DNA from: Mobula hypostoma
Taxonomy: Eukaryota
DNA: 64,000 nt
Reading direction: 5' to 3'
Assembly (NCBI RefSeq): GCF_963921235.1
Contig: NC_086101.1
Location: forward strand, 4,342,001-4,406,000
Shown in pieces: positions 37,390 to 51,534 of the stretch (position 1 is the first letter of the stretch; the number at the start of each line of letters is the position of its first letter). The notes beneath the pieces were generated by a model. The model was not told the DNA's origin and searched no databases. It saw only the letters and a list, made by a program, of their open reading frames with translations. Position numbers and translations under genes: made by a program.

Positions 37390-40300
37390 GTATCAGAATC
37401 TGGTTCATTATCAACCAACTCCAGAGATTCTGCAGAGATTCCATAAATCCAGAGCAATACACACAGAATACTGGAGGAACTCAGCAGTTCAGGCTGAGAC
37501 CCTTCCCCAGGACGGGAAAGGAATGGGGAAAGGTGCCAGAATAAGAGGGGGCAGGTGACTGGTGAGACCAGGTGAGGGGGAAGGTGGATGGGCAAGCGGA
37601 GATGAATTGAGAAGCTGGGAGGTGACAGATGGAAGAGGTAAAGAACTGAAGGAGGAGGAATCTGTTAGGAGATGACAGTGAACCATGGGAGAGAGAGAAG
37701 GAGGGGCATTTTGTGTTTGTTGCTCAAGTTTATTATCAGTGGCTTCTATGATGTGAATTTTCTTCTGCAGCAGCAGTACAGTGCAGAGTCATAAAAATTA
37801 CTATAAATAACAAAATAAATCAATAATGAAAGGAAAAGGTTGAGACTGTTTAAAAACCCCTCCTTGTCCCTTTGGATAGAAGAGGGTGGATTGGATTGAC
37901 CCAAAATGGCAGCATTCAGACCATTTTGTTGAGGGGTCAAACTGCCAACCCCCAACACCTTATTCTGGCTTCTGCCCCCTTCCTTTCCAGTGCTGATGAA
38001 GGGTCTTGGCCTGAAAAGTTGCCTTCCATAGATGCTGTTGAATTGATGTAAAGAGATTACATTCGATTATATTAAACTAAAGTAGAGCAGACTAAATAAA
38101 ATTGGGTGATCTGGTGTTATGGGGCAAGATTGAATAGCTTAGAACTTTATTCCTCAGAGTGTAGGAGAATGAGGGGCGATTTCAACGTTCAAAGTAAATT
38201 TATTATCAAATTACTTAATATATCACCACATACAACCCTGCGGTTCATTTTCTTGCGGGCATTCACAGCAAATACAAAGAAACACAATTGAATTAATGAA
38301 AGACCACACTCAACAGAATGGACAAACAACCAATGTGCAAAAGACAACAAACTGTGCAAATAATAAATAAATAAGCAACAAATACCGAGAACATGAGATG
38401 AACAGTCCCTGATAGTGAGTCCATAGGTTGTGGGAACAATTCACTGTTGGGGTGGGTGAGGTTATCCCCTTTGGTTCAAGAGCCTAATGGTTGAGGGGTA
38501 ATAACTATTCCTGAACCTAGTGGTGTGAGTCCTGAGGTTCCTGTACCTTCTTCCTGATGGCAAAAGCTAGAAGAGAACATGGCCTGGGTGGTGGGGGGAA
38601 TCTCTGGTGATGGATGCTGCTTTCCTGCTACAATGCTCTGTGAGTCCATAAGTTGCAGGAACAGTTCGGTGTTGGGGAAGGAGCAGGAGGAGAGCATGTC
38701 CTGAGTGGTGGGGGCTTTCTGATGTTTATATGTAGAACAACAATCAAGTAATTGGGCTCTAAACCAACACACTGGTGAGCAGTTGTCCTTCCCCAGCCCC
38801 CTCATCTCCCTCTGCAACACGTCCACTCTTCTATCTCTATTTCTTCCACATTCTTCACTTCCTCTCTTCCCTTCCTTTCACTTCTCTCTCATTTTCATCT
38901 TTCTTTCTCTCTCTCTTCCCTCTGAAAGTCTTATTTGTCTGCAGAGTATCTCTTTGTTTGTGCTTGCCTCTTTTTTTCTGCCTTCTGTCCCTTCACTTCC
39001 CTTACCCCTCCACTCCTCTTCTCTACGTGCGTTCCACCTCATAAAGTCAGAAGATAGTGGAGTGTGTGATGGCTCTGGGCCTGTACTCATTGGAGTTTAG
39101 AAAAATAAGGGGGGGATTTCATTGAAACCTGTTGGATATTGAAAGGCCGTGATAGAGTGGGTGTGCAGAGGATGTTTCCTATTGTGGAAGAATCTAGGAC
39201 CAGAGGGGACACCCTCAGAACAGAAGGACATCCCTTTAGAACAGAGATGAGGAGGAATTTCTTTAGCCTGTTGATGGTGAATCTGTGGAATTCTTTGCCA
39301 CAGATGGCTGTGGAGGCTGTCATTGAGTGTATTTAAAGTGCAGGTTGATAGGTTCTTGATTAGTGAGGGCTTCAAAGGTTTTGGGGAGGAGCTAGGAGAA
39401 TGGAGTGTGAGGGAAATACATCAGTCATGATGGAATGGTACAACAGTCTTGATGGGCCAAACGGTCTAATTCTGCTCCTATAAGATCATTAGACCATTTG
39501 GCTCATGGAGTTTGCACTGCATTTCAATCATGTTTAATTTCTTTTTTCTCAACTCCATTCTCCTGCTTTCTCCTAATCCTTAACCCCCTTACCAATCAAG
39601 AATCCATTAATCTCTGACTTGGCCACCACTGCCCTCTGAGGCAACAGGTTTCACAGGTTTTCATTGTGGATGGGTGTTTGGGAGGGGAGGGGCTCGTGTT
39701 GCTGTTGTTTTGTTGCTTGATGTGTTCTGTGTTGTTCTTCCGAACGTTGTGAACTTGCTATGTTGGCGCTGGAATGTGTAGCAACACCTGTGGGCACACC
39801 CTATCAAATCCTTGGGTTCTGTTGGTTGTTGACACAAATAATGCATTTCACTGTATGTTCATGTGAATGATAAATTTGAATCTGATCTTGGAAGATATGT
39901 CAATGCTCTGAGTAATAAATTCCTCCTTTTCGTATTTCCTTCGTGCTCTTTCCCACTACTCCTTGCCTTCTCTCTCCTGTCCTTTCCACTTTCTCTCTCT
40001 CCATCACGTTATATTTGCAGTCTGAGATGGCACAGATTGTCACCTTTCATTCCATCATTCTGCTTATTATTTTTCTTCATTTCTTACTCATTTCCTTTTG
40101 AAATTTATTGAATCAGTTTGCACAGATTTTTTTTTCACTTGGTTTAGCAAGTTAATTAATCGCTTGGATATAATAGGCGGCATCTCCAAATAAATAATTA
40201 AATAGATTAAAATTAATCCTTCCTCTTCTTGCTGAGTCATTTGCCAATCCTTTTAGTCACTGATTTTTGGTTACCAACTATTCTACCGTAGAAACTGCCC

Positions 40301-40514
40301 ATTTTGCCGTTGATGTTTAGGGCAGCAATGAAGCTAAGATTTTGCTCCCTCATGTTGTGGGAGGGATGTATGATTGAAATAAATTCTAAAATTCTCTGGC
40401 AGTGTTTAGGGCTCCCTTCACCATGCCAGAAGCTTCCTCTCTGCTCTCAGTACTGTCAGCCATGCAAGTGCCAGGTGAAGACTCAAGAATACTGTCAATA
40501 CACCCAAATGTAGA

Positions 40515-41562
40515 GTCAGAATCAGAATCGGGTTTCTATCACTGGCATATGTCGTGAAATTTGTTGTTATGTGGAAGCAGTACTTTGCAATAAATGCTAA
40601 TAAAAACTTTGAATTACAGTGAATATTAAGAAGTTAAATAAGTAGTGCAAAAGAAATATTGTGGTAGTGTTCATGGGTCCATTCGGAAATCTGATGGCAG
40701 AGGGGAAGAAGCTGTTCGTGAATCGTTGTGTGTGCCATCAAGCTTCTGTACCTTTTCCCTGATAGTAGCAATGATAAGAGGCCGTGTCCTGGGTGATGGG
40801 GGTCCTTAATGACAGACGCCACCTTTTTGAGGCATCACACCTCGAAGGTATCCTGGATTCTACGGAGGCTGGTGCCCATGATGGAGCTTATTTTAATTTG
40901 TGCAGTGTCGCCCTCCCCCCTTACCAGGCGGCGATGCAGCCAGTAAGGATGCTGTCCACAGTACATTTGTAGAAATTTGTGAGTGTTTTTGGTGACACAC
41001 CAAATCTTCCTCTTTTGTGCCTTCTTTGCAACTGCATCAGTATATTTTGTCCAGAATAGTTCCTCAGAGATGGTGACACCCAGGAGTGTGAAATTGCTCA
41101 CTCTTTCCACTTCTGATCCCTCTACCAAGGACTGGTGTGTGTTCCCTTATCTTACCTTTTTGAAGTCCATGATCAGTTCTTTGGTCTTACTAATGCTGAG
41201 TGCGAGGTTGTTGCTGTGACACCACTTAACTAGCTGATCTATCTCACTCCTGTACCCCTTCTTGTCACCATCTGAAATTCTGCCAGCAAAAGTTGTGTCG
41301 TCAGCAAATTTATAGATGGAATTTGAGCTGTGCCGAGCCACAGAGCAGAGCAGTGGACTCAGCACACGTCTTTGAGGTGCACAGTGTTGATTGTCAGTGA
41401 GTTGGAGGTATTATTTCTGGTGGGCACATACTGTGGTCTTCTGGTGAAGAAGTCAAGGATCCAATTGCAGGGGTTGGAACAGAGGCCAAAGTTTGGGAGC
41501 TTTCTGATCAGACCTGTCAGATGATTGTGTTAAACGCTGAGCTGCAGTCAATAAACAGCATC
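40515..41562 (-). mobile_element. Rex/Babar LINE 3' half; continues at ~44290-44460 beyond the CR1 insertion
   Basis: SNSIYKFADDTT..KTKELIMDF, VERVSNF; (ATTCTG) tail at ~40515. Confidence 0.8.
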
Positions 41563-41564
41563 TT

Positions 41565-44190
41565 AGACATAAGACAAAGGAGCATGAGTCGGCCATTCGA
41601 GTCTGCTCCGCCATTTTATCATGAGCTGGTCCATTCTCCCATTTAGTCCCACTCCCCCGCCTGCTCACCATAACTTTTGATGCCCTGGCTATTCAGATAC
41701 CTATCAATCTCTGCCTTAAATACACCCAATGACTTGGCCTCCACTGCTGCCCATGGCAACAAGTTCCATAGATTCACCACCCTCTGACTAAAAAAATTTG
41801 TTCGCATTTCTGTTCTGAATGGGCGCCCTTCAATCCTTAAGTCATGTCCTCTCGTATTAGACTCCCCCATCATGGGAAACAACTTTGCCACATCCACTCT
41901 GTCCATGCCTTTCAACATTCGAAATGTTTCTATGAGGTCGCCCCACGTTCTTCTAAACTCCAAGGAATACAGTCCAAGAGCGGACAAACGTTCCTCATAT
42001 GTTAACCCTCTCATTCCTGGAATCATTCTAGTGAATCTTCTCTTTACCCTCTCCAACGTCAGCACATCTTTCTTAAATAAGGAGACCAAAACTGCCCACA
42101 GTACGCCAAGTGAGGTCTCACCAGCACCTCATAGAGCCTCAACATCACATCCCTGCTCCTATATTCTATTCCTCTAGAAATGAATGCCAACATTGCATTC
42201 GCCTTCTTCACTTCTGACTCAACCTGGAGGTTAACTTTCAGGGTATCCTGTACGAGGACTCCCAAGTCCCGTTGCATCTCAGAACTTTGAATTCTTTCCT
42301 CATTTAAATAATAGTCTGCCCGTTTATTTCTTCTGCCAAAGTGCATAACCATACACTTTCCAACATTGTATTTCATTTGCCGCTTCTTTGCCCATTCTTC
42401 CAATCTATCCAAGTCTCTCTGCAGACTCTCCGTTTCCTCAGCACTACCGGCCCCTCCACCTATCTTCATATCGTCAGCAAACTTAGCCACAAAACCATCT
42501 ATTCCATAATCCAAATCGTTGATGTACAACGTAAAAAGAAGTGGCCCCAACACTGATCCCTGCGGAACACCACTGGTAACCGGCAGCCAACCAGAATAGG
42601 ATCCCTTTATTCCCACTCTCTGTTTCCTTGCCAATCAGCCAACGCTCTATCCACGTATGTAACTTTCCCGTAATTCCATGGGCTGTTATCTTGTTAAGTA
42701 GCCTCATGTGTGGCACCTTGTCAAAGGCCTTCTGAAAATCCAAATATACAACATCCACTGCATCTCCCTTGTCTAGCCTACTGGTAATTTCCTCAAAAAA
42801 TTGTAATAGGTTTGTCAGGCGGGATTTTCCTTTAAGGAATCCATGCTGAGTTCTGCCTATCTTGTCATATGCTTCCAGGCACTCTGTAACCTCATCCTTG
42901 ACAATCAACTCCAACAACTTGCCAACCACTGATGTCAAACTAACAGGTCTATAATTTCCTTTTTGCTTCCTTGCCCCCTTCTTAAATAGCGGAGTGACAT
43001 TTACAATCTTCCAGTCCTCCGGAACCATGCCAGAATCTATCGACTTTTGAAAGAACATCGCTAATGCCTCCGCAATCTCCACAGCTACTTCCTTCAGAAC
43101 ACGAGGGTACGTTCCATCTGGTCTGGGAGATTTATCTACCTTTAGACTATTCAGCTTCCTGAGTACTTTCTCTGTCGTAATTGTGACTGCGCACACTTCT
43201 CTTCCCTGCCACCCTTGAGTGTCCGGTATACTGCTGATGTCTTCCTCAGTGAAGACTGATGCAAAATACTCGTTCAGTTCTTCTGCCAACTCCTTATCTC
43301 CCATTACAATTTCTCCAGCATCATTTTCTATCGGTCCTATATCTACTCTCACCTGTCTTTTACTCTTTATATACTTGAAAAAGCTTTTAGTATCCTCTTT
43401 GATATTATCCCGAGATTACTACCCTGGAGGTCCTGCTTCTCAGCTTCCTTCCTAACTCCCAGAAATCTCTCTTCAGGACCTCCTCCTTTGTCCTATCTAT
43501 GTCATTGGTACCAACATGTACCAAGACAACTGGCTGCTCACCCTCCCCCTTCAGAATATTCTGGACCCGATCCGAGACAATCCGTACCCTGGCACCTGGG
43601 AGGCAACACACCATGCGGGTATCTCTGTCAGGCTCACAGAATCTCCTGTCCATTCCCCTGACTATGGAATCCCCTATGACTACTGCATTCCTCTTCTCCC
43701 TCCTTCTCTCCTGCACAACAGTGCCAGGCTTAGTGCCAGAGACCCGGTCACTGTGGGCGTCCCCTGTCAGGTCATCCCCCTCAACAGCATCCAGAACAAG
43801 ATATTTGTTGCTGAGGGGTACAGCCACAGGTGTGCTCTCCACTATCGGGGCATTTCCCTTCCCTCTCTTGACAGTGACCCAGTTTTCTGACCCCTGTAGC
43901 GTAGGGATGACTACCTCCCTGTAGCTCCTGTCTATCACCTCTTCACTTTCCCTGCTAAACAGTAGGTCATCAAGCTGCAGCTCCAGATCCCTAACACGGT
44001 CTCTGCGGAGCTGCATCTCGGTGCACCTGGCGCAGATGTGGCCATCAGGGAGGCTGGAGGACTCCCAGGATTCCCACATCTGACACCCTGAACAAAGCAC
44101 TAACCCTGCAGGCATGCTAACTATTTCTACAGGAATGAAACGGGAAAAATAAGTCTACTCACCCGCTTACCTCGCCAAACAGATGAACTT
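41565..44190 (-). mobile_element. CR1 LINE with ORF1 (zinc finger/leucine zipper + SGNH esterase) joined directly to RT; endonuclease deleted
   Basis: ORF 43405-44115 (CSGC..ICARC, VIGDSIVRG, HVGTND); RT ORFs 42483-43352, 42059-42634, 41643-42089. Confidence 0.92.
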
Positions 44191-44708
44191 TTTAAACAGT
44201 TAGCTTGTACCGTTAGCTGTGAGAGCCCTGCTATTCCTGTCTGTCTGGGCTGATTCGCAAAAGGGGGGGGGTGGGTAGAAAAAAAGAGACATAAGTATTA
44301 GTATTGGCCAGGTGATCCAAGGCTGCACGAAGAGCCAATGAGATCGTATCCGCTGTCAACCTATTGTGGTGATAGGCGTCCAGGTCCTCGCTGAGACAGG
44401 AGTTAATTCTAGCTGGAACCGACTTCTCAAAGAACTTCATTGTGAGCGCTACTGGATGATAGAATGATGAAGAAAGGTTCTTCATTGCTGTTTCTGTTTT
44501 GTTTGACCAGTCAGGATTGTTGGTCCTGAGCTGAACCCTAGAACCTGGAGGGCTGGTGGACTAGGCAGAGTCTGACCTCTACCCTTTGACTTGTTTGATG
44601 TGGGTGACTCTATCAAGAGGCGAAGTATTATGCCCGGACTCCAGTTCTCCAGGTTTCTGAGGCACACAAATCTCCAAATCACAACAAGGCGTGGCCCTCT
44701 TGGAGATG

Positions 44709-47700
44709 CACATTGAGTATCCCTCATCTGAAATTCTAAAATCCAAAAACCTCTGAAATCCGAAATTTTTTGAGCACTGACATGGTGTCAGAAATGGAAA
44801 ATTCCACAAGATGTTGTGAAGGTTCCCAGGCGCTGCACAAGTCTCTGTGCACCACAGACAGTTCAGAGAAGTGACCTCACATATGTAGTAAACAGAAGTT
44901 AATGAAAAATAGAAAAATACAGCATAAAGTGAGAAACGAAGACCTCGACCATGTATTGAAAGAGTGCACTCATCAGTGTCGGAGTAAGCATGTAGTGCTT
45001 AGCAGTATGCTGATCATGAAACGAGGTCTATCACGACGAGCTGAAGGTATTGTGAACTTCTGGATGCAGAGATTTAAGAAAAGCCATGGCATTAAATTTT
45101 TTAAAATATTTAAACTTTTAAAATAAAGCATCTGCTGACTGTGAGTTTGCAAAGATCATTGATAATGAAAACCTGACGCCATGAGAAGACCACATTGCTG
45201 ATTGTTTTTATACGTACATACAACCTAAAGCAAGTAAAATACAAATACAGTGTACTGTAACCTTTTAATCAAAACACGACATCGGAGGGGGAGACTGAAA
45301 GCCTGCCGTTGTTTGTTGTTGCTCAACAGCTGATTCAGATATACTCCTGATTCTGCTGTGCTGCTTTTATTACCCTGCACACCTTATTAAATAAGGTATG
45401 TAATAATTTTTGCTGTTAAGTACATTCTTCTTCGGTTGTCGATTGAAATCTGATGACGACGTCCACTCCTTTCACGGTGAGATCTTTGATGACTATACAG
45501 TCCTATCCTGGACCCACAAGCTCTGTTGCAGGTGGGACATGTATATGTGGTAGTGGTGGCAACCATGGCTGCATTTCTCCTGGCTCTCTTCTGCTGTCTT
45601 CTGGTTGTTCTTTCCATCTCCAGAATACGAACCCCGTCCCTACGCAGCTGTCACCAAGTGGTATGGTCAGCAGCAACATCCTCCAGGTCCTCGGGTCTAA
45701 TCTTTCACTTCCTTAAAGCATTCTTCATCTGATCCTTATAGCACTTCTTCGGCCCTCCAGCTGAGCGTCGACCATGATGTATCTGGCCGTATAACACTCT
45801 GCAGGGTAGCCGACATGGACATCCTTATCACGTGCCCCAGCCACTGCAGCTGACGCTGCGTGATCATGGCCTCAATACTTCTACAGTTGGTCTTTACAAG
45901 TATCTCAGTGTGAGGCACCAGCTCACGCCAGGTAATTCCCAGGATGTGCTGGAGGCAGCTTATGTGGAAGCGCTCCAAGGACTTGATGTGACGGTTGTAG
46001 GTTACCCAAGCTTCACAGCTATAAAGGAGGGTGGTGACACAGACCGCTTGGTATACGGCAACCTTTGTGGAGGGACGAAGGCTCCTGTTCTGAAAGACTC
46101 TACGCTGAAGTCTCCCAAAGGCAGCTGATGCCTGTTTAATGCGGCTCTGGATGTCATCAATGCCGCTATCCTCAGAGAGAATGCTCCCCAGATATTTGAA
46201 AGATGGCACTACTGACAGCTTTTCATCACCAACAGTGAAGGCAGGTAGAGTGGGTGGGACACTGGTACTCCATTGGCAAACCACTCTGTCTTGGTAATAT
46301 TGACAGTCAGCCCCATCCTGCTGTACGCTCTCACCACCACAGCAAGGACAGTCTGAAGATCCTCTGGAGTATGGGCCACAAGACCACAGTCGCAAGCATA
46401 CTGCAGCTCCCGGACCCGCTCTCTATGGAGTTTGGTGGTTTGTGAAGCCTCCTGATGTCAAAGAGGTTGCCATCTAATCTGATGTCCACTGCCACACCGC
46501 TGCTGTCTTCAATCTCGTTGTGGAGAAGCTTGGTAGCACACAAGAGGAAGATGTTAAAGAGCAGTGGAGCTAGCACACACCCCTGCCTCACCCCTGTGCA
46601 TACAAGGAAGGGCTTGGACTCTTGTCTTCCCATGATCACCCGAGCAGTCATCCCATCGTGGAACTGGCGGAGGATGTTAACAAATTTATTGGGACAGCCA
46701 AACCTGAGGAGGACATCCCATAAGAGCTCTCTTTGCACAGTGTCGAATGCCCTGGAGAGGTTGACAAAGGCCATAAACAGGTCCTGATGTTGCTCCCGGC
46801 ACTTTTCCTGAAGCTGCTGGGCTGTGAGGATCATGTCGATCGTGCTCCTGTTCTTCCTAAATCCACACTGCGATTCAGGCAGCATTGACTCGGTGATGTT
46901 GCTGATGAGTCTCCGAAGCATCACCTTAGCCAGGACCTTTCCAGCAACAGAAAACAGTGATATGCCCCTACTATTACCACAGATGGCCTTGTCACCCTTG
47001 TTCTTATAAATGACAATGATGTTTGCATTTCCCCATTGCTGTGGGATGTTCTCATCAGTCCAGGCCTTGGTGATGTACTGGTAGAGGGTGCGCATACACA
47101 TGTACCCTCTGTTCTTCAGTAACTCAGCAGGGATATTGCCAGTGCCAGGGGACTTGTTGTTCTTAAGGGAATGGACAGCTGATAGAACCTCCTGGAAGAT
47201 TGGTAGTAGACTGAGGTCATGGATAGGAGGAAGTTCAGGCAGTTCGTCCAGGATAGTGGGGTCTGCATCAGAGTCCTGATTAAGCAGGGTGTTAAAATGC
47301 TCAGCCCACCTCAGCAGAATGGTATTCTGATTCTTCAGAAATGTTAGACCATCTGCTGTTTTCAGGGGAGTAACGCATTGATTTATTGGGCCATAGATGG
47401 TTTTGACAGCATTGTAAAAATTATGCATGTCATTATTATCGGCAAAGGACTGGGTTTCATGTACCTTTTCAGTCTACCACTCATTTTGTATGGCCCGTAT
47501 TGCCGTTTGCACTTTCCTCCGAGCTGCCTGCTGATGCTGCCTGATGCTGGTGGATGAAGGGTTGTCCAAAGTTGCCCGGTGTGCTTTGTGTATGTCCTTA
47601 AGCAAGTTGTGGATGGTGTCTGAATTATCGTCAAACCAGTCGTGGTGGTTCCTTCTCTTATGGTCAATGGATTGGGCTGCTGTCTCGTAGAGTGCAGAGC

Positions 47701-49773
47701 TGATATAGGTCCACTGTTGTTCCATGGTATTTTCTGAGCTCAGATAAGGTTCCAGCAACCTTAATTTCTCAGCTAGGATGCGTCAAAACTCACTTCTTGC
47801 TTCTGTGTTTCTCAGGCGGTTGCAATTTAGCCGCAAGGGGGGACGCACTTTCATATGGAGCTTGGCCACAATCACTCTGCATTCTCATGGTACGGGTGAT
47901 GAGAACATCCTTGATGTCCCCACATCTCACAATGATGAAGTCAATCATGTGCCGATGTTTAGAGCGAGGGTTCATCCACAAAGTCTTATATTTTGTCTTC
48001 TGCTGGAAGATGGTGTTGGTTATGGTAAGGTTATGCTGAGAGCAAAGAGTAAGTAGCCTCATGCCATTTGCATTCACCTTGCCAATACCATGCCTACCTA
48101 GCACTCCACTCCATATCCTGTTGTTCTGTCCCACCCTAGCATTGAAGCCCCCAAGCAAAAGGACCTTATCATTCTTAGGGATCCAGCAAAGAGCTTCATC
48201 CAATGTCTGATAAAAGCCTTCCTTGGCCTCATTCTCAGATGGCAAAGTTGGTGCATAGGCACTGAGAAGCGTGGCATAACGTTTCTTTGCCGGGGAATAC
48301 GGAGGGTCATTAGTCTTTCACTAATGCCAACAGGTGTTCTGTGAGACTTGGTAGAAAGGTGTTCATGATGGCCAATCCTACTCCATAGAGATGTTGTCCA
48401 CCTGGGGGGAAACCTTTCTAGAAGAAGGTGTAACCCATCCCTTCCTCTGTTAAAGAGCCTTCATCCAGGAGCCTGGTCTCACTCAGGGCAGCAATGTCGA
48501 TGTTGTAGTGCCTTAGCTCAGCAGCGACCAAGGCTGTTCTCTGGTGAGGTCTGTCAGAGATGCCATACAAGTCCAGGAGAGTCCTTACATTCCATGTTGC
48601 CAGTTTTAGGTTGTATTGTTTCTTATTTCAACTGTAGTAGTGGAATAACCGATAGGCGCGGTAACCCATCCAGGTAAGTGATTTTTAGGCCCCCTTTTCT
48701 AGGCCCTTCCCCAACTGGGGTGAGCAGTACGGTCCCTAAACAGGGCTGTTCAGTTGCACAGGGGTCTGCCGAAAACAGCTGCCACTCAGCCCCAGCTGCT
48801 AGTGACCAAATACCCTGTGCCGCTGCCGTGCAGGGTTCTGACTAGGAGCTCCCAGTCCATTCATACCTGCTCCCGTTGCCAGACGCCCCATCGCCGTCAG
48901 ACTTCAACTATGTGTAAGGTCCAGGTATTGTTCACCGTGGTTAGAGGTGGAGACCTGCGCAAGAAAGATTTTAAAGTGCTGCAGGATGCACCATCCCCAG
49001 TAGCACTATCTTCACCATGATGAGGTAAATCCTGGTGGCAAGGGTGATCCCAGGACAACCGGTCCCACATCTTGGCTGCAGGAGGCTGCCGGGTCCTTTG
49101 TCTGTTAAGGCCCGCCTATTGTGCTCTGCCAGCGCATTGCTTTTCTGTCAGGGTGTGCTCCCTTAGCCTTGTCTCAGCAGACTTACCACAAGGCAGTGGG
49201 GCTATTTGCCCATAGCTGGGACAGTGGTTGACAGGTGCCAGGGCGTGTCCACACAGTGGTGGGCCTGTACGCCACATCTCTGGGCCCATTGCTGCTCCCG
49301 AGATCCCCTGCAGTTTAGCCTGGGACCGTAAGATACCCAGTTTCCGTGTGTGGCCCCAAGGAGGCACTGCAGGAGTCTTGGTGGTGGAGAGGCTCTGTAC
49401 TGGCAGGAGGAGGCTTACACACTTGTCTCCTCTTTTCACCCTCTATTAAGAAGGCTAGCCAGCGGCAATAGCTGTAAGCAGAGAGCACTATGCAGCATAC
49501 AGCATACAGCATGCACTAACGACAAGCACTACTACACTACTGCACTGGACGCTTCACACACACCCTGTGAGCAAATACTCTCACCCACACACATTAAGTA
49601 CATATGTGTAATGAACAAGTGTAAGACAAAGACGCTTACCAGTCGAACATGAATTCCAAGTCGGAAATGATGGTGATCCCAAGCTATCTCATTATACATT
49701 ACAAAATCTGAAAAAAAAATCAATCCGAATCACTTCTGGCCTCAAGCATTTCGGATAAGGGGTACTCAACGTG
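44709..49773 (+). mobile_element. Tigger/pogo DNA transposon (Tigger4/Zombi-like), split by an RTE insertion
   Basis: TIRs cacattgagtatccctcatctgaaat / atttcggataaggggtactcaacgtg|TA; CENP-B-type HTH remnant EDLDHVLKE..WMQRFKKSHGIKF (44902-45126). Confidence 0.8.
45426..49593 (-). mobile_element. Full-length RTE-clade LINE (4168 bp), degenerate
   Basis: 10-bp TSD ttaagtacat (45416-45425 / 49594-49603); APE endonuclease (47790-48600), RT ORF 46331-47428 (LPESQCGFR..GVRQGCVLAPLLF), C-terminal CPTCNRAC..H..SH; (GAA) tail. Confidence 0.93.
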
Positions 49774-49864
49774 TACCTGTAGAAGCATTTGCTTCTTATT
49801 CCATAATTAAATCTTCCCTGAACATTGTCTTCACCGCAGAATCTCGGTCTGACTCTGTCCTGTC

Positions 49865-51160
49865 CCACAGTGGTAGAGCTAGAGCACATAAGTGCCATTA
49901 CAAAGAAGTCAGGACAGTGTGAATACTTTGTCAGAAGCTTGTATAGATTCAGCATGTCACCAGAAACATCGACAAACCTCTATAGATGCACAGTGGGAAG
50001 TATCCCCACTGATGCATCACAGCCTGGTATGGAAACACCAATACCCAAGGACAAAAAAGTCTGCAAGAAGTGGTGGATACAGCCCAGTCCATCACGGGAA
50101 AAGCTCTCACCACCACTGAGCACATGTACAAAGACCAATGCAACAAGAAAGAAACATCCATCATGAAAGACCGCTCCCATCTAGGCCATTCTCTCTTCTT
50201 GCTACTACTAGCAGTGGAGGAATGGAGACGGGCTAACCCTTATTGACATCAATGGATCTGGAGTAGAGAGGGTGAACAGCTTTAAGCTCCTCGGCGTCCG
50301 CATCACCGAGGACCTCACGTGGTCTGTACACACCAGCTGTGTGGTGTAAAAGGCACAACAGCGCCTCTTTCACCTCAGACGGTTGACGAAGTTTGGTATG
50401 GGCCCCCAAATCCTAAGAACTTTCTATAGGGGCACAATTGAGAGCATCCTGACTGGCTGCATCATTGCCTGGTATGGGAACTGTACCTCCCTTAATCACG
50501 GGATTCTGTGGAGAGTGGTGCAGACAGTCCAGTGCATCTGTAGATGTGAACTTCCTACAATTCAGGACATTTACAAAGACAGGTGTGAGAAAAGGGCCCG
50601 AAGGATTATCGGGGACCCGAGAGGCCCCAACCACAATCTATTCCAGCTGCTACCATCCAGGAAACGGTACTGCAGCATCGAAGTCAGGACCAACAGACTC
50701 CAGGCCAGCTTCTTCCACCAGGCCATCAGACTGATTAACTCATGTTGATTTGAGTGTATTTCTGGTACATTGACTGTTCTATTTTTTATAAATTACTATG
50801 CCTGCACATTTAGGGGGAGAGGTAATGTAAAAATTTTTACTCCTCATGTAAGAAATAGTCAATTCAATTCAATTTGTTGGGCCTTAAGTCACACCACCAG
50901 GTCAGGGACAGTTTATTACCCTGAAACCATCAGGCTCCTGAACTGGCATGATAACTTCACTCAGCACAGTTCTGAGCTGATTGTACAGCCCACAGACTCA
51001 CGTTCTAGGACTCTTTACAACTCATGTTCTGAGGGTTATTTTATTTGTCTTCCTTTGCACGTTGGTTGTTTGCCAGTCTGTGTTTACGTGTAGTTTTTCA
51101 TGGATTCTATTAGGTTTCCTGTATTGACTTCAGGAGAATGGATCTGACGGTAGTATATGT
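49865..51160 (+). mobile_element. Rex-type LINE 3' fragment with a younger Rex copy nested at ~50215-50870
   Basis: ORF 50383-50748 FGMGPQILRTFYRGTIESILTGC; same subfamily as 4370-5060; (AATTC) tail. Confidence 0.82.
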
Positions 51161-51534
51161 TACATATCTTTCCCCTGCTGCCATCAGGATGAAGGTACAG
51201 GCACCACCAGGTTCAGGAACACTTAGTGTCCCTCAACCAATTTCATGTTCTCAATATTTATTGCTTATTTATTTGTTTGTTTGTTTATTTATTATTTCTT
51301 TCCTCTTTTGTATTTGCAGTTTGTTGTCTTTTGCATATCGGTGGTCTGTTCATCCTTTTGGGGGGAGTCTTTCATTGATTCTATTGTGTTTTATTATTCT
51401 GTTGTATTTACTGAGTATGCCCACAAGAAAATTAATCTCAGTGTTGTATATGGTGAAGTATATATACTTCAAATTTACTTTGAATTTAGAAATTGGATTT
51501 ATTGGGATGGTGGCCTTCCTTTTGTGAGATTGTG

